Origin: Malacoraja senta
Lineage: Eukaryota
Reading direction: 5' to 3'
DNA: 63,842 nucleotides
Assembly (NCBI GenBank): GCA_038087875.1
Contig: CM075990.1
Span: forward strand, 1,800,159 to 1,864,000
Below, piece after piece: positions 58,184-63,842 of this stretch (its first letter is position 1; each line of letters opens with the position of its first letter). The notes under the pieces were generated by a model, which was not told the origin of the DNA, ran no database searches, and worked only from the letters and a program-made list of their open reading frames with translations. The position numbers were made by a program, and so were the translations under genes.

Positions 58184-61100
58184 TAACTTGTGTATAATAA
58201 AAATATATTGTTGGAATTGCTAATTGTTAAAGTTACAGTTTAAAGTGTATTAAAATTTTGCCATTGCTTTATTGTATTTACTGTGTCTTGCCTTTGATTT
58301 AAAGTTTTGAGTTACATGCACTGTTGTAATAGTGGTTCGAATCGGGACTGTATATGCATGATAGTGATAAGTGGTATAGTTTCTTGTCTACGTACAATTT
58401 TGCTTGAATGTTTAGAGCTCATTTGTCTGCGTCCAGATTAAGATGTTTTGAGTGCAGGAAATTTGCTGCTGGTGTGTTTGATTGTGTTTGATTGTTCACT
58501 GAAGCACCTTAACTTTTTGTCGACCAAGGACTGTTACTTAAAATTGTTTACAGGTTGAATGTTTGTGTAGTTTGTGTGAGACTGTAGAGGAATTTTTGGG
58601 TACCCAGGATTTGGAAGTAGATTGGATTGCGTGATTGTGTTGTGAGAAGTGCGAGACTGCTGACGTGCTGCGGAACCTTTGGCCATTGTTTGGGAGCGAG
58701 TTTGATAGTCTAGGAGATTGTGAGAGAAGTGTGAATTGTTGAGAGAGTATGTGAATTGTTGAGACTTTGTTTCCATTGTTAAAAACAATGGGAAATCATA
58801 TTGAACGAGATACAATTGAAGACCCAGAAAGCCCCGCTCCAGTTAGTGTGTAGCGAGTTTCCAGAAATGGCTGAGAGATTAAAAAACTTTTCGGCAGCGT
58901 TGAATAGGAAATTAGGAGATGATTTATGGTCCGAGGGGGGCGTGGGAACATTGAAGTATATCAAACAGATTATTTGGCAATGCAGTAACAGTGAGGCAGC
59001 GAATGAGTTAATAGGATTGTGGAGAAAATATTATGAAGATCAGAAAGCGAATTTAGAGGCCGTGATAATGGTGAGTTGGAAGGAAGAAGCTTCAAAACTT
59101 GGGATAGAACTGAAAGATAATGAAGTAAACCAACCTCCAGGCACCTTGTGAGAGGGGTGTGGATGTACTAGAGATCAGGAGCAGGAGAGAAAAAAATCTT
59201 CGGAAGGGAAACTGGCACCAGTAGATCTTGAATTTAAGGACCCGGTGGTTGGCATTGGCTTTGAGGGGGAGAAGACGAGTATTTGGAAGATTGGGAAAGT
59301 GTTAGAATTAGAAGAAGTTCACAGCCTCCATCTTATTCCTCTTGCGTTCCCCGTAATCCATCTACACATTGTTTAGCTTGTGCACACAACAGACACTCAG
59401 ATCCTGCAGCACCTTTAACACCACCTGCAGATTCCACAACAAAGCCTGCTTTACAAACAGCCGCAACACCAGTACAGGATTCTTTGACTCCAACCGCTCC
59501 ACTGACAGCAGGTAGTCCAGTAGCTCATGGTACCAGGAATAAAACAAAAAAGATAGCTCCAGTATTTATGGAGAAAGTGGTTATTAGAGACATAGTACAA
59601 CCACCAGAGTATTTTAGTGAGCCTAAGCCTAGACGAATTAGACGAGCAGCGAGAGAACAGAGAGGGGTCATTTAGGAGGTACCGTGATCCCCCCTAATGA
59701 AGAGGAAGACATATCTGATGGTGAGACAATAGCTGGAGACACTGAAGGAGATCCCGATATGGCAAAAATTCTGAAAGCAGAGCAAACATCCCGTAGGCAG
59801 TTCCCAGTCAGGGAAATGGGGTGGAAGATTGCAACCTTCACGTGGTCCATCCTGTTTCGACTAATGCAATCAACTCGACGTGCACAAACAGAAGATCAAA
59901 TAGAACAAGTTGTCCAACAACTTTAGGCTGTGCATGCCACACGAAAGAAGAAGTCAGGGAAATGCCTAATCTGGCTTTTGATCCGGTTAGTGCAGTGGGT
60001 GCAAATAATCCCCGAACTATAGATATCTATACCCCTTGGAAGCCGAATGAGATGATGGCAGTACTGAGCAAGATACCAGACCATAAGAAATCACCTGCTT
60101 CCTTTGTAGATTACCTTAGAACCACAATGCGTGTGTATCACGCAGACTCACGAGATTTATGGGCAGTGATCCAGCATATAATTACTCCGATTGAACATAC
60201 TAGATTCCTTGCAACCCTAGGACACCCAACTCATGAAGCACTGTCTAATGTGATCGCAGACAATAGCGCAAGAGAAGATGCCGTTTTAACTGCCCTTGCG
60301 AATACTCTTCAGAAACCAATTGATCTAGCTAGAATCTTGGATGTAAGACCGAAAAAGGCAGAGGGAGCAGATGAGTTCTTCGAAAGATTTTCAGAATTGT
60401 ACTTGTACCAATTAGGTAACCTAAATTATCGAAATAGGGCAAATTCTCCACAATACTGTGCCATATTGTTGAAGACTTCCAACCAGTGTGGCTGAATCAA
60501 TTAAAACTAATAATATGGACTGGTCGGAAACAGTGCCAGTCAGATGGCTCAGGCAGTAAGATACCACTGGAAAGATCTAAAAAAAACAGGAAAGTCAGCC
60601 TGCAGTTAAACCAAAATCAGAATATATAATTGAGAAAGAGGTGCCAAAATCTGACTTCGGACTGTGGAGTCCTAAAACATTACTGAAGTTTAGAATAGAA
60701 GAATCTAAGATCCCAAATTATCCAGATCCACTTTACGATGAGATACCTGCCTTAGAGCCGATTTCTCCGAGACCAAATTTGAGAAGAAATACTAAAATAC
60801 TGGGACCAGATCAGTGTTATACTTGTGGTGGAACAGGGCATTGGAGTAGAGCATGTCCGACTAGGGAACGAATTGAAGGAAGGGGTCTGAGAAGAGATTA
60901 TCAGGATCAGAGGAACTTTTGGGATCCTAGAGACTACAGGAGCACTCAAGATCCTAGAGATTACAGGAAATCTTTAAATCCTAGAGATCAGAGAGAACAG
61001 AGAGTAAGCTGGCCAGGAGATCAGGGACCAAGAAGACAAACACCTTTCTCACAGACCAATCCATTTTCGCAGTCCTGATTAGCTAGTCAGTCCAGAATTA

Positions 61101-62700
61101 ATGGACAGAACAACCTGACCCTTACCTCAGGACCCATCAAAATAATTTATCGAAATAAAGAAATTAAGTATACCATCACAATAAACACCGAAAATTGTAC
61201 CAGGAAGACAGTAAGGGAAGACAATCCAGAGTCAAGAAGGAATTATAGACAGCCCCATACTTACCCGGAGAAATATTTTGAAGTGAAGAAAATAGCAGCC
61301 TCAGGGGCTTGTTTCAATTGTAACCAATTAGATCACTGGAGCAGGGAATGGCCATCAAGAAGACAGAATAGAGCAGAGTATGAGAAGAGCAAACAACAAG
61401 TAGTAAAGAAACTAAGAAGGGAAACAAAGTAACTGTTAGTGATGTGAGAGAACAAAGTGGGAATAAGAATGTTGGCACTAGTTGAAGGTAAAGGAGGGCG
61501 CTGCGGAATACGCTGAGGTACCAGTGAATATATGGAAAAGGACTGCAGGGGTTGCTCCTTACATCACAAGAAAAGTAAACTATCCAGCAAGTGCAAAAGA
61601 ACTAGGAGTAATGGTGGAAAGGGCAGACCCGAATAATTATGAAAAGCAAAATTTGTCTAACCAGTATGTTGTTGAGTCCTATCAGGCCCCAAGGACAGTT
61701 GCTACCCGGCTTCGCCAGCATCTGGGGAGTGAGGTATGCAATTATGTGGACCCTCAAGTTTGGGCAGAAACACAGCTCAGGTAGGATGCGTGCACATCGA
61801 TCCCATCCAAGTAGCTCTCCAGAAAGGGGTAACACTGTGTTTGATACAGCAGTATCCACTGAAACTGCAGGCCATCAACAGCATTGACAAATTGATTCGG
61901 GGGCTGCTTGGGCAAGAAATTCTAGTAAAATGCCAATCCATCTGTAATACCCCAATCCTTGCAGTTCCAAAACCAGGAAAGGAAGGCAAGTAAAGACTGG
62001 TCCAAGAACTAAGATCGATTAACTCAGTTGTAGTACCGCTCCATGCGCTAGTGCCAAACCCTGCTCACATCTTGGCTCTGATACCAGCTGAAGTAAAAAT
62101 CTTCTCAATAGTCGACTTGCAACACGCATTCCTTTCCTTGCCTCTCCACAAGGATAGCCAATATTTGTTTGCTTCCACATATAGAGGCCAGCAATACACC
62201 TGGACCATTGCCTCAAGAGTTCATCAATTTGCTTACTTTATTTTCCAGGTGTCTACAAGAACAATTGAGTTCTTTAAATTTCAGAAGAAAGTCTACCTTA
62301 GTGCAGTACGTCGATGACATATTAGTGGCCAGCAAAGATGAACCAAGCAACCGTGAAGATACTGCACAATTATTAAACCATCTCGCTAATTTGGGATATG
62401 TGATCTCCCAGTCGAAAGTACTGATGGCCCAGGAGAAAATAAAGATTTTAGGGATCATAATTTCGGCAACCGAAAGGAGCCTAGAAAAAAGCTGACTTGA
62501 ACCCATCTGTGAATTCCAGATTCCTAGAGAAGCCAAACAAATGAGGCAATGGCTTGGTATGGTCAATTATTGTAGACCTTGGATCCCTAACATAGCTTTA
62601 GAAACTAAAGAGCCAATACTCTATACTAGTAAAGAGGGTGAATTCCAACTAACTAAGAAAGCGCAGGAGGCCTTTGAAAACTTAAAGAAATCACTAATGC
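58184..62700 (+). mobile_element. Endogenous retrovirus (class I, epsilon-like): leader, decayed gag and partial pol
   Basis: Gag start MGNH at 58788; capsid-like YTPWKP..IPD and MHR-like region; CCHC knuckles at 60815-60856 and 61310-61351; RT QYPL, CNTPIL.V.K, DLQHAF, QYTW, LPQ, QYVDDIL. Confidence 0.85.
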
Positions 62701-63274
62701 TGTAAATACGCTCTTCTAAGCTTCCCCCCAGTCTAGTTCAGTCAAAAAGCACTGTCAAGCACTGGAACAACTAATATTTATTTTTAGGTTGAACAGCAAA
62801 TTCCCCAATACGATATCTAAACCACCGTGGGTTCGATCCTTGTATCTGCCTGGCCAAGCCCTTCAGCCTCGTGCAAACAGAAACACTCCAAAAGGTCACG
62901 CAGTCCCAAGCGCTCTTCCAGAAGATCGACAAAGGACCTCGTAGGGCTGCCTTTTATAGGTCCCCGAACCTTGAGGTACTGAAGTACATAGGGGTGGTCT
63001 CTTTATAATCCAATCAAACATATTAATTACAATAATACATTATTGACAGTTCCCCAAACCAATAACAGAATCTCACATACATTGTTTCAGGAGAAGCTTC
63101 TGGAAGAAGCTAACTTAACTTGAATAATGCAACATTTGCCCTGGAATTCAAAACAACCCTGCCAGGGCTTAACACTTTGGCCAATCATCAAACTGCAGGG
63201 TAACTGTCTCGCAACATTATTTACAATATATACAATGCTTTTCCAGTAATCCAATCAACTTCATGCATTTTACA
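62701..63274 (-). mobile_element. LTR (probably the 3' LTR of an element running past the window end) truncating the ERV pol
   Basis: TGTAAA..TTTACA termini; minus-strand TATAAAA at ~62952-62958 and AATAAA at ~62777; several CCAAT motifs. Confidence 0.7.
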
Positions 63275-63842
63275 CTTCTTTGGAGGTCTTCTGCAGAAAT
63301 CTCATTCATTCTGTCAATTGAAGAGATACTCATACATTTCTTATCTGCAACACTGATCTGGGCCCTAGACTTAATGCCACCATCAACAGCTTGTCTTGTA
63401 TTTTAAAGAAACACAGACTTGACAAAAATGGCCTAACAATGCATGAAGCCTTTACTAAATGTTGCCGCTATTATTGCTCTGTTTTAGCCAGGATTTACAT
63501 TCCTCCCTTTTATCATATGATAACCATCATTATGATAACCAAATATACATTAGTGACTATTACATTATGTCAAACATATTAACAACAAGATGATGATGTA
63601 TCTTCCCAGAATCTCATCAAGCTTCCCGCGTTTTCGCGTGCATAGCTTCATAATTCCCGTCTGATGAGTCTTCACCTCCCGAGTTTTTGTGGGCGCGAAT
63701 CCCATCCATCCATGTCACCAATCCTTCTGTACTTGATCCATAGCAGAACATATAATTCCTAAGAGAACCTGGGACGAATCTGTTAGCAATCCAGACTTTC
63801 ACTGATGCTCTCCCATGCATTCCTGTCATCCACTGTCAACAA

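Noticed and set aside
63275..63842. env-like coding remnant next to the terminal LTR
   Set aside because: Only a short hydrophobic stretch among stops; cannot be supported without sequence beyond the window

Overview
Vertebrate genomic DNA, most likely from a cartilaginous fish (skate or ray), inferred from HE1/V-SINE-type SINEs, the CR1/Penelope content and a GPR139-like receptor. Most of the window is nested transposable elements: CR1, L1, Penelope-like elements with hammerhead-type motifs, Gypsy LTR elements, SINEs, MITEs, Helitron-like elements and an epsilon-like endogenous retrovirus. Two host genes, both on the minus strand, could be reconstructed. (1) An apparently intact two-exon beta-defensin gene that the ORF track misses (exon 1 57181-57073, exon 2 44860-44742; 75-aa precursor MLKMNTLLLVLGVLLSLHLQLYRSDENEVKGRLIYQ/DIGKICNRFNGICRIYLCKRYEFAVRGVCGWLHACCFAK). 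(2) A two-exon GPR139/GPR142-like GPCR with a 2-bp frameshift (exon 1 29055-28986, exon 2 21141-20245). Other notable items: a one-LTR Gypsy insertion carrying 47 nt of its tRNA-Leu primer with a substitution at tRNA position 58, a palindromic MITE built from two THAP-domain remnants, and a possible 2H-phosphoesterase remnant in the ERV pol. All calls come from reading the sequence by eye; no database searches were run, and TE boundaries without TSDs are approximate.
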